A stretch of 63,360 nt of DNA, the filler included, from Octopus bimaculoides (Eukaryota), in the NCBI RefSeq assembly GCF_001194135.2. It is 4 parts of 3 records of this genome, joined end to end, with 100 filler letters (N's around TTAATTAATTAA, not from the genome) between each part and the next. Parts side by side here need not be neighbours in the genome. Positions count along the whole stretch, not along the records: positions 1 to 18,867 come from NC_068993.1; positions 18,968 to 27,844 come from NC_068989.1; 2 more parts are not named here. The stretch is one strand, 5' to 3'. This document shows, one piece after another, positions 12,691-24,454 of the stretch. The stretch's first letter is position 1; each line of letters starts with the position of its first letter. A model generated the notes under the pieces. It was given only the letters and a program-made list of their open reading frames with translations, had not been told where the DNA came from and made no database searches. The position numbers and the translations under genes were made by a program.

Positions 12691-13333
12691 CAAAGGTACG
12701 AAGATATGGTAGTCGTAAGGTTGGTGATTTCAGCAATCGGATTAAGAACAAAATTATTCCAGTTATAATTTAGGATAGAAACTCTATTCACCAGGAACTT
12801 AACGATTTAGCTAATGTTACAAATTTACAGAGAATTAGTTTTAGAAAATCTCAAATCTAGTTTATAGATTATAACTATAACAATTTTGTTGTTAATCCGC
12901 TTGTTAAAATCACCAGCCTTAGAACTACTATAGTCTTTCGCTTCTTTGAAGTCAAGCAGGATAGTTATCCATTTGCGGTGGCGGTGGATATTCTAATATT
13001 ATTGACATTAAGGATTTATTACTCTATTACTATGTTTTAACAAACAGATTTCTCGCAACAGATAATGGTCTGTATTTACTTATTGATGTTTCAATTCATG
13101 TTATTTAATAATAAATTCTACTCCGTCTCATCGTTTCCTTATTTGGTTTCGTGGATATAAGTTCTATGTTCAGATCTGCCTCGACTGACATTTTATGCTT
13201 ACGCAGATCAGAAATGATATTTTGGGAACGAATCTTTCCAATGTCCACGTGTTCTAATGAACATTTACCTTGCATCGAACTGAAAGAAATAATCAACAGA
13301 TTTATTAGTACAAATGGGAATCGCTATTTTACC

Positions 13334-13369
<36 letters not shown>

Positions 13370-13632
13370 NNNNNNNNNNNNNNNNNNNNNNNNNNNNNNN
13401 NNNNNNNNNNNNNNNNNNNNNNNNNNNNNNNNNNNNNNNNNNNNNNNNNNNNNNNNNNNNNNNNNNNNNNNNNNNNNNNNNNNNNNNNNNNNNNNNNNNN
13501 NNNNNNNNNNNNNNNNNNNNNNNNNNNNNNNNNNNNNNNNNNNNNNNNNNNNNNNNNNNNNNNNNNNNNNNNNNNNNNNNNNNNNNNNNNNNNNNNNNNN
13601 NNNNNNNNNNNNNNNNNNNNNNNNNNNNNNNN

Positions 13633-14050
13633 AACACGCACGGTTCGTGGTTCAGTCCAACTGCGTGGCATCTCAAGCAATTGTTTTCTACTATAGCCTC
13701 GGACCGAACAAACCCTGTGAGTGAGTTTGATAGACGGAAACTGAAACAAAGTCCCTCGTATACATCTGTGTGTGTGTGTGTGTGTGCGTGTGTGTGTGTG
13801 TGTGATATGTATTTATGTTTATACGTGTGTATGTGTCTGTTTGCCCCCCACTACACACACATACCGCTTCACAACCGGTTCTAATGTGTTTACGTCCCCG
13901 TAACTTAGCGGTTGATCGAAAGAAATTGATAGAATAAGTAACAGGCTTTAACAAAAAATAAGCAATCAGGCCGATACATTCGACAAAAATTCTTGAAGAC
14001 GATTTCCCAGCATGATCGCAGACTAATGACTGAAACAAAAGATGAAAGAT
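13633..14050 (+). mobile_element. SINE-B (5' edge in gap)
   Basis: ggttcagtccaactgcgtggc...gacggaaactgaa...(TG)n...gtaacttagcggtt...gactaatgactgaaac. Confidence 0.85.
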
Positions 14051-14139
14051 GTAGGTATAGGGATACAAACAAGACTCGATACACATCTGCACCAGGATTG
14101 AGCGATCGGCGAGAACAGATCGTAATATGAAATCGAACA

Positions 14140-14312
14140 AATGATGAGGGATCAGGAATTCCGTAACTAACTTCCTTGGCTTACAGCTGTTTGTGTTGTG
14201 AGAAAGCCATAAGGTGATGCATAGGCACTCAGCTTTGTGTGCGGTGCGCCTGATAGAAGAAACAGCTGTAAGCTAAAGAAGTTGATTACGTAATTCCAGT
14301 TCCCTTGTCATT
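14140..14312. mobile_element. MITE-like foldback, ~52-bp inverted repeats
   Basis: atgatgagggatcaggaattccgtaactaacttccttggcttacagctgttt versus aaacagctgtaagctaaagaagttgattacgtaattccagttcccttgtcat. Confidence 0.8.
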
Positions 14313-14365
14313 TACTTAATTTCATGTGTATGCGTGCTTATATATATATATATGTATGTATATCT

Positions 14366-14407
<42 letters not shown>

Positions 14408-14655
14408 NNNNNNNNNNNNNNNNNNNNNNNNNNNNNNNNNNNNNNNNNNNNNNNNNNNNNNNNNNNNNNNNNNNNNNNNNNNNNNNNNNNNNNNNNNNNN
14501 NNNNNNNNNNNNNNNNNNNNNNNNNNNNNNNNNNNNNNNNNNNNNNNNNNNNNNNNNNNNNNNNNNNNNNNNNNNNNNNNNNNNNNNNNNNNNNNNNNNN
14601 NNNNNNNNNNNNNNNNNNNNNNNNNNNNNNNNNNNNNNNNNNNNNNNNNNNNNNN

Positions 14656-15040
14656 GAGTGATAAAAAGAATGCTTTTCAACCACATGTGTTTCAATCTCA
14701 CCGCGTGGCACCAAGGGCAACTGTCTTCTACTATAGTCTCGGGCCGACCACCACTTGTGAGTGGATGTGTTAGAGGGATACTGAAAGAAGCCCGTCATAT
14801 ATATGTATATATCTGTGTATGTGAGTGTGTCTTTGTGTCTATGTTTGTTTCCCAACCACCACTTGACAAACGGTATTGTTTTGTTTATGTCCTCGTAATT
14901 TAGCGGTTCGACATAAAAGACTTATTAAAACAAATACCACGCTTTATGAAAATAAGTCCTGCCGTTTATTTGTTCGATTAAAACCCGTCAAGCTGGTGCC
15001 CACGCATGGCCGCAATCAAATTACTGGAATAAGTAAAAGA
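14656..15040 (+). mobile_element. SINE-B (5' edge in gap)
   Basis: aaccacatgtgtttcaatctcaccgcgtggcaccaagggcaa...gtaatttagcggttcg...gcatggccgcaatc...aagtaaaaga. Confidence 0.85.
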
Positions 15041-15802
15041 ATAATATATATTATTTACGTCATATGAATATAGAAACTTTGAGAAGCGTCAAATATTTCC
15101 TTTTTAACTATGGAACTCAAAGAAGATAGTGCTAGTAAGAACAAAGCTTCTGAAATGGACGGAGAAAATGGGAGGAGTTCTTCGGTGCCAAAAGGGAATG
15201 CCTTCTTATGTTTAAAGAAGATGTGGGTTCGAGTTACACAAGCAGCCTTTCGAAGTTTTCCATCCATCGTTGCTCTTTTAACCCAATATTTATACTGTAT
15301 TATTTCTAGCTTTATCTACTTCGATGTTCCACCGTTTTAAACGATACATACATACATACATTTCTTATGCGTGTGCGATTGCGTGTGTGTATATGCGATT
15401 ACAGTTTCGTGTGTCGTAGTGTTTGTACGTGTGTGTGTATGCGTTTGCATATATGTGTGTAATATATACAAGAGGGTTTTTACTAACTCTATATGTGTAC
15501 GCGTGTGTCTGACTATGAGCGTGTACGCGCTTGTGTATTTGTCTGCTATTGTGTGCTAATTCAATCAAAGACAGCATCTAACGTTAGAAATGAGAATTTT
15601 ATGAACTGCTTCGCTGGACTAAATGACCCAAATGTCTCTGATTCTGTCCCATTATTTTCTGTTTCCGAATCCCTTTGGAATCGATTTACTTTTCATCTTT
15701 ACGTGATAGAAAAACTAATCACTCAGCTTTGTACTACGATCGATTCAGTTGACCGAATTACGACTGTGATCGCAACTTACATTACTTATGCTAAAATCAT
15801 GT

Positions 15803-15863
<61 letters not shown>

Positions 15864-16083
15864 GTGTGTGTATATGTATATATGATATATGTATATTTGT
15901 ATACGTACATGTATGCATATGTACATATATATATACACATATATATATGTATATATTTATATCTATCTATCTATATATATATATATTTACATATATATAT
16001 ACATAAATACATATGTGTGTGTGTGTGTGTAAATATATTTATGTATGTTTGTAGGTACGTATGTTTGTATCTATATATGTAGG

Positions 16084-16125
<42 letters not shown>

Positions 16126-16986
16126 TATATNNNNNNNNNNNNNNNNNNNNNNNNNNNNNNNNNNNNNNNNNNNNNNNNNNNNNNNNNNNNNNNNNNNNNN
16201 NNNNNNNNNNNNNNNNNNNNNNNNNNNNNNNNNNNNNNNNNNNNNNNNNNNNNNNNNNNNNNNNNNNNNNNNNNNNNNNNNNNNNNNNNNNNNNNNNNNN
16301 NNNNNNNNNNNNNNNNNNNNNNNNNNNNNNNNNNNNNNNNNNNNNNNNNNNNNNNNNNNNNNNNNNNNNNNNNNNNNNNNNNNNNNNNNNNNNNNNNNNN
16401 NNNNNNNNNNNNNNNNNNNNNNNNNNNNNNNNNNNNNNNNNNNNNNNNNNNNNNNNNNNNNNNNNNNNNNNNNNNNNNNNNNNNNNNNNNNNNNNNNNNN
16501 NNNNNNNNNNNNNNNNNNNNNNNNNNNNNNNNNNNNNNNNNNNNNNNNNNNNNNNNNNNNNNNNNNNNNNNNNNNNNNNNNNNNNNNNNNNNNNNNNNNN
16601 NNNNNNNNNNNNNNNNNNNNNNNNNNNNNNNNNNNNNNNNNNNNNNNNNNNNNNNNNNNNNNNNNNNNNNNNNNNNNNNNNNNNNNNNNNNNNNNNNNNN
16701 NNNNNNNNNNNNNNNNNNNNNNNNNNNNNNNNNNNNNNNNNNNNNNNNNNNNNNNNNNNNNNNNNNNNNNNNNNNNNNNNNNNNNNNNNNNNNNNNNNNN
16801 NNNNNNNNNNNNNNNNNNNNNNNNNNNNNNNNNNNNNNNNNNNNNNNNNNNNNNNNNNNNNNNNNNNNNNNNNNNNNNNNNNNNNNNNNNNNNNNNNNNN
16901 NNNNNNNNNNNNNNNNNNNNNNNNNNNNNNNNNNNNNNNNNNNNNNNNNNNNNNNNNNNNNNNNNNNNNNNNATGCACTTATAATC

Positions 16987-17018
<32 letters not shown>

Positions 17019-17246
17019 TGTATGTATGTATGCATGTATGTGAGTGTATGTATTCATAATTGTATGTTTGTGTATTGTTTGTATATATGTATGTTTGTGC
17101 CTGTGTATAAATACATTGGTCTCATAAACGCGTATATGATTTCTATTTATATTTACATACAGTATGTGATAAATTCAATAATATCATATGTAAATTGATA
17201 TATAGACAATTATCCGTTTGTATATATATCCCTTTTCGTTCCTCAG

Positions 17247-17362
17247 GCATAGATGCATTCTGTTTGTGTGAAAGAATACAGGAGGGTCAAGCAGCTTCTT
17301 CTGTCATTGCTGACCAATTGTCTATGCATCTGGCTAAGTTTTTCTCCGTGATGCAAGCCTAA
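17247..17362 (+). CDS. Candidate terminal coding exon of an unidentified host gene
   Basis: Pyrimidine-rich acceptor cccttttcgttcctcAG, then an open frame xIDAFCLCERIQEGQAASSVIADQLSMHLAKFFSVMQA-stop; no family recognised, no upstream exon established. Confidence 0.35.
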
Positions 17363-17789
17363 GGAAAGCATTTCTGTTTTTTCTTTCCTTTTTTCATTCC
17401 ATTGAAGACTACCGGTTGATTTTGCATTCAAGAGTTCCTCCACCAAGCCACCGTTGATGTCCAAGCTATTTATATTGCCATCATATCAAAATTAGAACAA
17501 AGCTTAAAACAGTTGATAACACAACTATCAAACTACGTTTTATTTTGGCAGTAATTTGAATATATTGTTTTTGATAATGTAATCTAAAGGCGGCAAATTC
17601 AAACTGTTCCGAAGCATGAGAGTTGTCGGACTACAAGAGCTTCCGGAAACTGAAGTACCAGATTTACGAGCCCTAATCTACAAGGACATAGTTATGCTAG
17701 AGCTTCGTACCATATTCGTCTCAGGTGTTGGCGTCAGAACGCAAATAACCGGAAAGTAAAAGGAATACAGCAAGGCACACCTTAAACAC

Positions 17790-17885
17790 TTTAACACTTC
17801 TAGTATTTTACCAATCAGTGTTGAATCATTTTTATCAATTCTGGAAGGATGAAAGACAAAAGATGACCTTGGTTGGGTATATACA
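17790..17885 (-). mobile_element. SINE-A fragment
   Basis: ttttatcaattctggaaggatgaaagacaaaagatgaccttgg. Confidence 0.6.
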
Positions 17886-18800
17886 CAACGTACTGAGAGC
17901 TATATAGTTTCAACCAAGACAGGAATCATGGAAGAGAACACAATTCGACCTTTTCAAAAACATATTTCTGCCATTTTTAATCACTTCTCTACCAGTGATC
18001 CCTATCTTGGATGAAATGACCTGCAAATCGTTATGAGATAAACGCTATGATGCAATTAATTATGTAAGTGCAGCACACGATTCATTGAACACCTAATTGA
18101 AAATGGTTTTCTCTATGTTATAGGAAATTTGAATGCATATAATGTGCTTGTGTATAGTCACGTGTATGTATGTCTCTATGTCTGTGTATGTGTGTATGTG
18201 CGTGTTTGTGTGAGAGTATTGTGTATGTCTGTGTGTGTGTGTGTGTGTGTGTGATAAGGTTAAAATTAACATGACGATAAAACAATCAGAACAATAAAAC
18301 AACGTTTGAAACTGTACCTCTGATGGCAATATTAAACAGCCAGACGAAACAAACTAATTCATGAGAAATAAAATATTTCTGAAAAAATGAAATATTTAGC
18401 GGCCATTCAAGGGATACCATGCCATCGATTATTCAGTCGTTACAGCTGCACTCTGTTGAAATTTTATTTTCCATTCCATACATTGTCGAACCAATTACGT
18501 AAGCTGATCAGACCAGATGTCATCCAAAATATGAATAAAGCCATTACCTATTCCCATCATATTTAACTTCCCCTATCACATTACAATAACTTCTACCATA
18601 ACATTTGGCCCCCTACCTTTACCGTTCAGAATTACTTCTCCCGTTATAGTTTCTTTCCTATGAAGAGCTGACTCCTTTCCCCATGAGAAACACAAACACG
18701 AAAAAATATATATATATATCCAGAACCTTTATAGGGCACGCTTAATGTTTTGAAGCATCAAAGTGTGAATTAATTTCCCCTATATATACATATAAATGCG

Positions 18801-18831
<31 letters not shown>

Positions 18832-18867
18832 ACACACATAAATACATATATACATATATATAAATAT

Positions 18868-18967
18868 NNNNNNNNNNNNNNNNNNNNNNNNNNNNNNNNN
18901 NNNNNNNNNNNTTAATTAATTAANNNNNNNNNNNNNNNNNNNNNNNNNNNNNNNNNNNNNNNNNNNN
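18868..18967. other. Synthetic 100-bp scaffold spacer N44-TTAATTAATTAA-N44
   Basis: Identical geometry at three loci; the 12-mer has stops in all six frames. Confidence 0.9.
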
Positions 18968-19005
<38 letters not shown>

Positions 19006-19870
19006 AATACATCAATAATGTTCTAGCGAAACAGCTGTAGACTTTTAAACCTCTCCATTTGCCTTCCTTTTGAATAAAAGTATATAAGTGTGTACATGTA
19101 ACTTTAAAACTTCTCGCACGGAATACTGCAGTCGATACAATTTGGTTTCATGTGCACTCGAAAAATACAAAGAATGTACGTTGTACCTTTCTTTTTCGAG
19201 AAGCTTTTTATAATTGACCATTAACCTCTACGTTCCTATCACGTACGGAGTACTAAATGTGAAAGCTGTTCAATTTGATTGAAGTACCAGATTCAACGTT
19301 AATACAAAAAATATAGGTTTATGTATACGATGTATGTATGTTGTACAAATACAGACAGACATATATGTGGTAGTCGTATTTTGGTCGAATGTTCAAGAAT
19401 TTCGCTTCGCAACTATGAGGAATCGGTATCGACTCCACTGCGTGGTTCCAAAATTCGTGTGTAATTTTCTATAACTTCTATTTAATTCATTCATTGTTTG
19501 TGAAATTAGATAGGTGGAAACTATATCGAATCCTCTCGAGTAAATCTTATGTGGAATTTCAAACAGCTGTGACTTTGTCATGCTCTAAACTGTGTCACGC
19601 TAATTCTACAAGAGAGTTATGTCTGTGGAATATTCAGAAACCTCTTCGCCAGAGGACGAGATCCACGCCCTTGTACATATACAGTCAGAAATTGTGTGTA
19701 TATGTGAGTGTTTTTGAGCAAATCATTACTGCAGTCATTTCACGTTACTCCAACCCACTCAAAGTTTGATGGATATTCCATGCAAGGGATTAACCTTCCG
19801 ATCGTGGAGAGTGTTGGCTCGCTCAACTAATCAGCGGGGTAGCGCCTTTCGAAAGCAGAAACAGTGTAAA

Positions 19871-20200
19871 ACGCTGAAGTAGTTGTATGCTGTCAACTTA
19901 ATGTGACAGTCCCCTGAAGGGAATAATACTACTGTTGGTTAGACCTTGGAAGCTGCACTGCTTCCTGTCGGCCTTGACACATTTCCTGTATCTTTATGAT
20001 GAGCAAAGATTCAGAAACATGTCTTTGGATGCAGGCTTAGCTGGTCGGAGGTGCTTGTCTCACCCTTGTAAACATAAGGACACAGGAAATGTGTCAAGGC
20101 CGACAGGAAGCGGTGCAGCTTCCTAGGTCTAGCCAACAGTAGTATTATTCCATTCAGGGGACTGTCACCTTAAGTTGACAGCATACAACTACTTCATCGT
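19871..20200. mobile_element. Foldback/MITE with ~128-bp near-perfect inverted arms and ~75-bp spacer
   Basis: tgaagtagttgtatgctgtcaactt...ggccttgacacatttcctgt versus acaggaaatgtgtcaaggcc...aagttgacagcatacaactacttca. Confidence 0.9.
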
Positions 20201-20444
20201 ACCAGTACTGCATAAATCTCTCTGAGAGATTTAGAAATGTATTATTTCTAAATGTAAAACGCATTGTGAACAATAGCATAATATATATATATATATATAC
20301 ATACAGTGAACCCATATTATACTGTACTTCTTCATGCCGAATATTGGATAATTTGTACGAAATCTGAATTAAGAGAATAAGTTCTAGCATTGACTTATTG
20401 ACTTCTTCTGCCATTTTTGATTATCAGTCTTGTAGGGAGGCATA

Positions 20445-20505
20445 ATATTTTATGCGGGACTACTTGCGCGCTTGCGCTCCGACCGAAGATGGCGAATTCC
20501 TAATG
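20445..20505. promoter_or_regulatory. CpG-rich promoter-like patch
   Basis: gcgggactacttgcgcgcttgcgctccgaccgAAGATGGCG: NRF1-like GCGCTTGCGC and YY1-like AAGATGGCG in AT-rich surroundings. Confidence 0.25.
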
Positions 20506-20597
20506 GACATTAATTTTATCCAATAGTATAATCATGGATCATAACTGGAAACTAATTGATCTGTCGCTCTACGTTGTATTGTAGTAATTGCTCTGAG

Positions 20598-20830
20598 CTA
20601 GCGGTAGCTAATATGCGTTAGCTGTCTCATGACATGTATTGAACTGATGGTAAAACAATACGTAAATAACAAAAACAGTACGAGCGTGGTTTTAGTACAT
20701 ATCTTGTTATTAATTTTTGTACATCTGTCTAAGAAATATATGCTTCCTTCTAACACATCTTCAACGTAACTAAATCCCTTATCTGCCCAATATTTGAACA
20801 TGTGCCTCAGTTCTTCTAGCTGCCATTTTC
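20598..20830 (-). pseudogene. Possible L1/Tx1 ORF2 remnant
   Basis: MFKYWADKGFSYVEDVLEG resembles the F..W..KGI..v.Dl motif of the L1/Tx1 ORF2 C-terminal half; no other motifs found. Confidence 0.3.
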
Positions 20831-20954
20831 AGTCCATATTCAGTCAGTCTATTACTTGTATAGGAATTATATATTTTCTTATCCGCTTTTAAACTTCCGT
20901 CTAATAATCATTACATTTCGATGATGAAAAGTTGTATTTTTTTCTCCTTTCATT

Positions 20955-21110
20955 TGTTGGATTGCTCGGGCACCACAATCAAGGTTTTAGTTGAGCAAAT
21001 AGCCCCCAGTACTTATGGATTTTATTTTATCGAGTTCTGTTTGTCGAATCATCAGGTACATACACCAACATTGGTGTATAATCGAGGCAGAGGCAGACAC
21101 CAACAGGCAC
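20955..21110 (-). mobile_element. SINE-B tail fragment
   Basis: ttgttggattgctcgggcaccac...ttagttgagcaaatagccccagtac...acaccaacattgg. Confidence 0.55.
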
Positions 21111-21159
21111 ATACAGTGATACATACGTGTATTTAGAAGTATTTACACAATACTCGTAC

Positions 21160-21198
<39 letters not shown>

Positions 21199-21332
21199 GT
21201 TATCTCTCTCACCTTCTCTCTTTCTCTCTCTCTCTATATATGTGTGCGTGCGCGCGTGCGTATGTATTTATATGTGTATGTATATGAGTGTACTTATATA
21301 TATGTACCTGTGTGTGTATGCGTGTATGTATT

Positions 21333-21363
<31 letters not shown>

Positions 21364-21487
21364 GCATGTATATATGTGTGTGTATATATGTATTTGTATG
21401 TGTGTGTATTTATATGTGTGCGTATATATATATATGTGTGTGTGTGTATGTGTGTGTGTGTATGTGTGTGTGTGTGTATGTGTGTGT

Positions 21488-21535
<48 letters not shown>

Positions 21536-21734
21536 TATGGTATAATTAAAAACAGGGTAAATTTTTAGCCATGATGAACAACCTTAATCGATTTTCGAAC
21601 CTTATTGGCTTCTCATCAGAGGTGTCTACACCATTCTAACAGTCTCCAGAGAGACAATCAGCCAAACTGTTTAAATACTCAACAAATGCAACAGTTACTC
21701 TATGGAAGTGTCCCTAATTTGCATACCAAAAGTA

Positions 21735-21756
21735 TGCAAATATATACATATGCTTG

Positions 21757-21797
<41 letters not shown>

Positions 21798-21955
21798 ACA
21801 ACAGTCATGCACACGCATTTCGTCACTCGAATTCACTCGTAAGGCATTGGTCAATCCGAATTTGTAGGAGACACTTGTCCAGTTTGCCGCGCAGTGGAAC
21901 TGAACCCAAAACGGCATGACTATAAAACAAACTTCTAAACCACACACGGCCATGC
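21735..21955 (-). mobile_element. SINE-B head
   Basis: gacacttgtccagtttgccgcgcagtggaactgaacccaaaacggc...aaaccacacacggccatgc. Confidence 0.75.
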
Positions 21956-22249
21956 TTTTGCCTATAACTTATAAACGTAAAACCAATTTGCTGCATAATA
22001 ATTCTGTTCTTGCGATAAAACGAACATAAACACGCTGTAATTCATTAATAAGACATTTCCAGAAACAAAGGTTAAATCAGGTCGAAATTTTATGTTGATC
22101 TGTTAGCAACACTTCTGCCAAACTGTTAGGATCAACATGGCGGCATATTGCGCACTGACAATAAATGCCACACCTCACCTGACACAGCCTACGTTTCTCT
22201 ACAATTGTTGTTGCTATAAAAGTGATTCAACTGTGTATTTTACGTCATA

Positions 22250-22480
22250 GTTTTAAGGTCAGGTTTTGGTTTTAAGGTGGTGGGGTGCATGCGCCGCTGC
22301 AGTGCGTTGCTGCATTTACTATTTGTCGGTATATTCTCGGTCCCTCCCGGGCAACTCGTCGACCAAAGTCCCAGTCGGTCAATCTGCGCGAGATATCTCC
22401 ACATCTGTCGTGACCGTGTGGCATCTGATCGACCAACACGAGCCGTCAACGCAGCCCTATCCGCAATGAAGCGAACCATG
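22250..22480 (-). mobile_element. Possible RTE-type LINE 3' remnant (alternative: exon on +)
   Basis: Minus frame WFASL...MPHGHDRCGDISRRLTD...VAREGPRIYRQIVNAAT loosely fits RTE C-terminal W.GH / G.R.RGR...D / A.DR..WR. Confidence 0.35.
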
Positions 22481-22689
22481 CAAGCTAGGTCTAAATCGGA
22501 AAAATTGAGCTACATGTTTATGTTAATTAGGTGTGTGGAAGATAAGACCGGTGGTTTTGGCAATTTGGAAAACGTTGTGAAAAAGGTTTATAAATCTAAC
22601 CGTGGTGAAGTAGGCAACACACTAGCTGAAGTAATCGAAAGGTCCATCAACATCTTCAACCCCTGGATACTTAGGATACTTACTGTCCT

Positions 22690-22920
22690 GTGTCCTACAC
22701 CTCATGGGGCTGGTTGTCCGATTTCCATGGAGCATAAGTGATCATGGACGGGACGCCAGTCCGTTGTAGAATTACAGGTTTACATCTGAGTGGATTGAAC
22801 TTGAGCAACAGTAAGTGATGTGATTTTCTCAAGAAGACAACGCATAGAACGGTCTCAGAATCGAAACCCTGATCTTGCGATCGTGAGTGCAAAACTATAA
22901 CCACTAAACCACGCGTCTTT
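22690..22920 (-). mobile_element. SINE-C-type head with a distinct tail
   Basis: ctcaagaagacaacgca...gaatcgaaaccctgatcttgcgatcgtgagtgc...aaccactaaaccacgcg. Confidence 0.75.
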
Positions 22921-23215
22921 ACGACGAAACAGCCAGGAAGAGATTAATTAGATTAAGTGTAAAAGAGTCCCCAATTGCCAAAGTCGAGATTATAACCGGG
23001 ATGGAATTAAATTGTAATAGCAATCACTATCTCGAAATATCCGGGCTTTTAAGTGTGAAATATCGGAACCTAACCGTAAATTGAATTAGGAACGCTTTTC
23101 GGTGATGTGAGGAACGAATAGAAGCAGTATACAACTGTTAAAGTTAGTGGTGGTAGGAAGATAAGCACATCCGGGTACGTTGAAAGGCATAATGCCCATG
23201 ATAAGGTGGTGAACT

Positions 23216-23437
23216 GGCAGAAACGTTAGCATGCCGGGCGAAATGCTTAGCGGTATTACGTCTGTCTTCACGTTCTGAGTTCAAATTTCGCCGAGGTCGA
23301 CTTTGCCTTTCATCCTTTAAGGGTCGATAAATTAAGTACCAGTGGCGTACTGAGATTGATCTAATCGACTGGTCACCCCTCACCACCCCAATTTTTGGGC
23401 CTTGTGCCTAGAGTAGAAAAGATTATTTATTCTTCCT
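23216..23437 (+). mobile_element. SINE-A (short-tail variant)
   Basis: Clear head and B box gagttcaaatttcgccgagg; tail ggccttgtgcctagagtagaaaagattatt. Confidence 0.9.
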
Positions 23438-23447
23438 NNNNNNNNNN

Positions 23448-23669
23448 GGCAGAAACGTTAGCATGCCGGGCGAAATGCTTAGCGGTATTACGTCTGTCTT
23501 CACGTTCTGAGTTCAAATTTCGCCGAGGTCGACTTTGCCTTTCATCCTTTAAGGGTCGATAAATTAAGTACCAGTGGCGTACTGAGATTGATCTAATCGA
23601 CTGGTCACCCCTCACCACCCCAATTTTTGGGCCTTGTGCCTAGAGTAGAAAAGATTATTTATTCTTCCT
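23448..23669 (+). other. Exact 222-bp duplicate of 23216-23437 across a 10-N gap (probable assembly artefact)
   Basis: Identical by eye and directly separated by Ns. Confidence 0.8.
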
Positions 23670-23929
23670 CTGGCGGCAAGCTGGCAGAAACGTTATCACG
23701 CCAAAGTACTTCGAGGCAGTTCTTTCGGTTCCTTAGTTCTAAGTTCGAATCATTCCGGAATCATATAAATTATTAATCTTTCAAAACAGTCATTTGAGAG
23801 AATCGGTTAAAATGGACAATGATGTCTTTGTATTACTAAGGTTAAAGTTGGGTTAACAGGGTCTTCAAATTTCGTTTTTTGTAGCTTCATGCCCCTGTGA
23901 TTGGGATACAAACTTATCTCCTAACTTTT

Positions 23930-24240
23930 CTCTTTTACTTATTTCAGTCATCAGACTGCGGCCATGCTGGGGCACCGCCTTGAAGAATTTTTAGTCGAAC
24001 GAATCAACGCTAGTACTTTTTTTCTGAAGCTTGGTACATATACTATCAGCGTCTTTTATCGGATCTATTAAATACGGGGAGGTAAATACACCAACACCGG
24101 TTGTCAAGCGATGATAGGGGCAAACCCTGACACAAAGGCACACACACAGACGCACGCAGCACACAGACACATATACATACAAGCTCACATACACAAACAT
24201 ACACACACACATAAACACACACACAAATATATATCGATAT
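23930..24240 (-). mobile_element. SINE-B 3' half plus microsatellite
   Basis: tttcagtcatcagactgcggccatgctggggcaccgcc...caccaacaccggttgtcaagcgatg. Confidence 0.85.
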
Positions 24241-24454
24241 ATAAAGGCAAAATCCAGAGATCAAAATGTAGGAAGTTCGTAATTCTCAAGCAGTCCGTAG
24301 TAAGTAGAGAGAACAAGATTGGACAGCTACAATGACAATTTATTGGTGTGTCGAAGGTTACACATCTTTTCCCTTATCGAACGAAATTCGATATGCTGAA
24401 AATTTCTGAATAGCTCACTGTTAGCAACCAGAGTCCCTATGAATACGAATAGAA

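Noticed and set aside
15055-15340. Overlapping +/- ORFs (MELKEDSASK... and MDGKLRKAAC...)
   Set aside because: No recognisable domain, no consistent splice-site pair; three frames are equally plausible.
19612-19705. Possible exon MSVEYSETSSPEDEIHALVHIQSEIVCI with GTGAGT donor
   Set aside because: Weak acceptor; its start resembles an internal SINE-C motif (gtctgtggagtgctcag).
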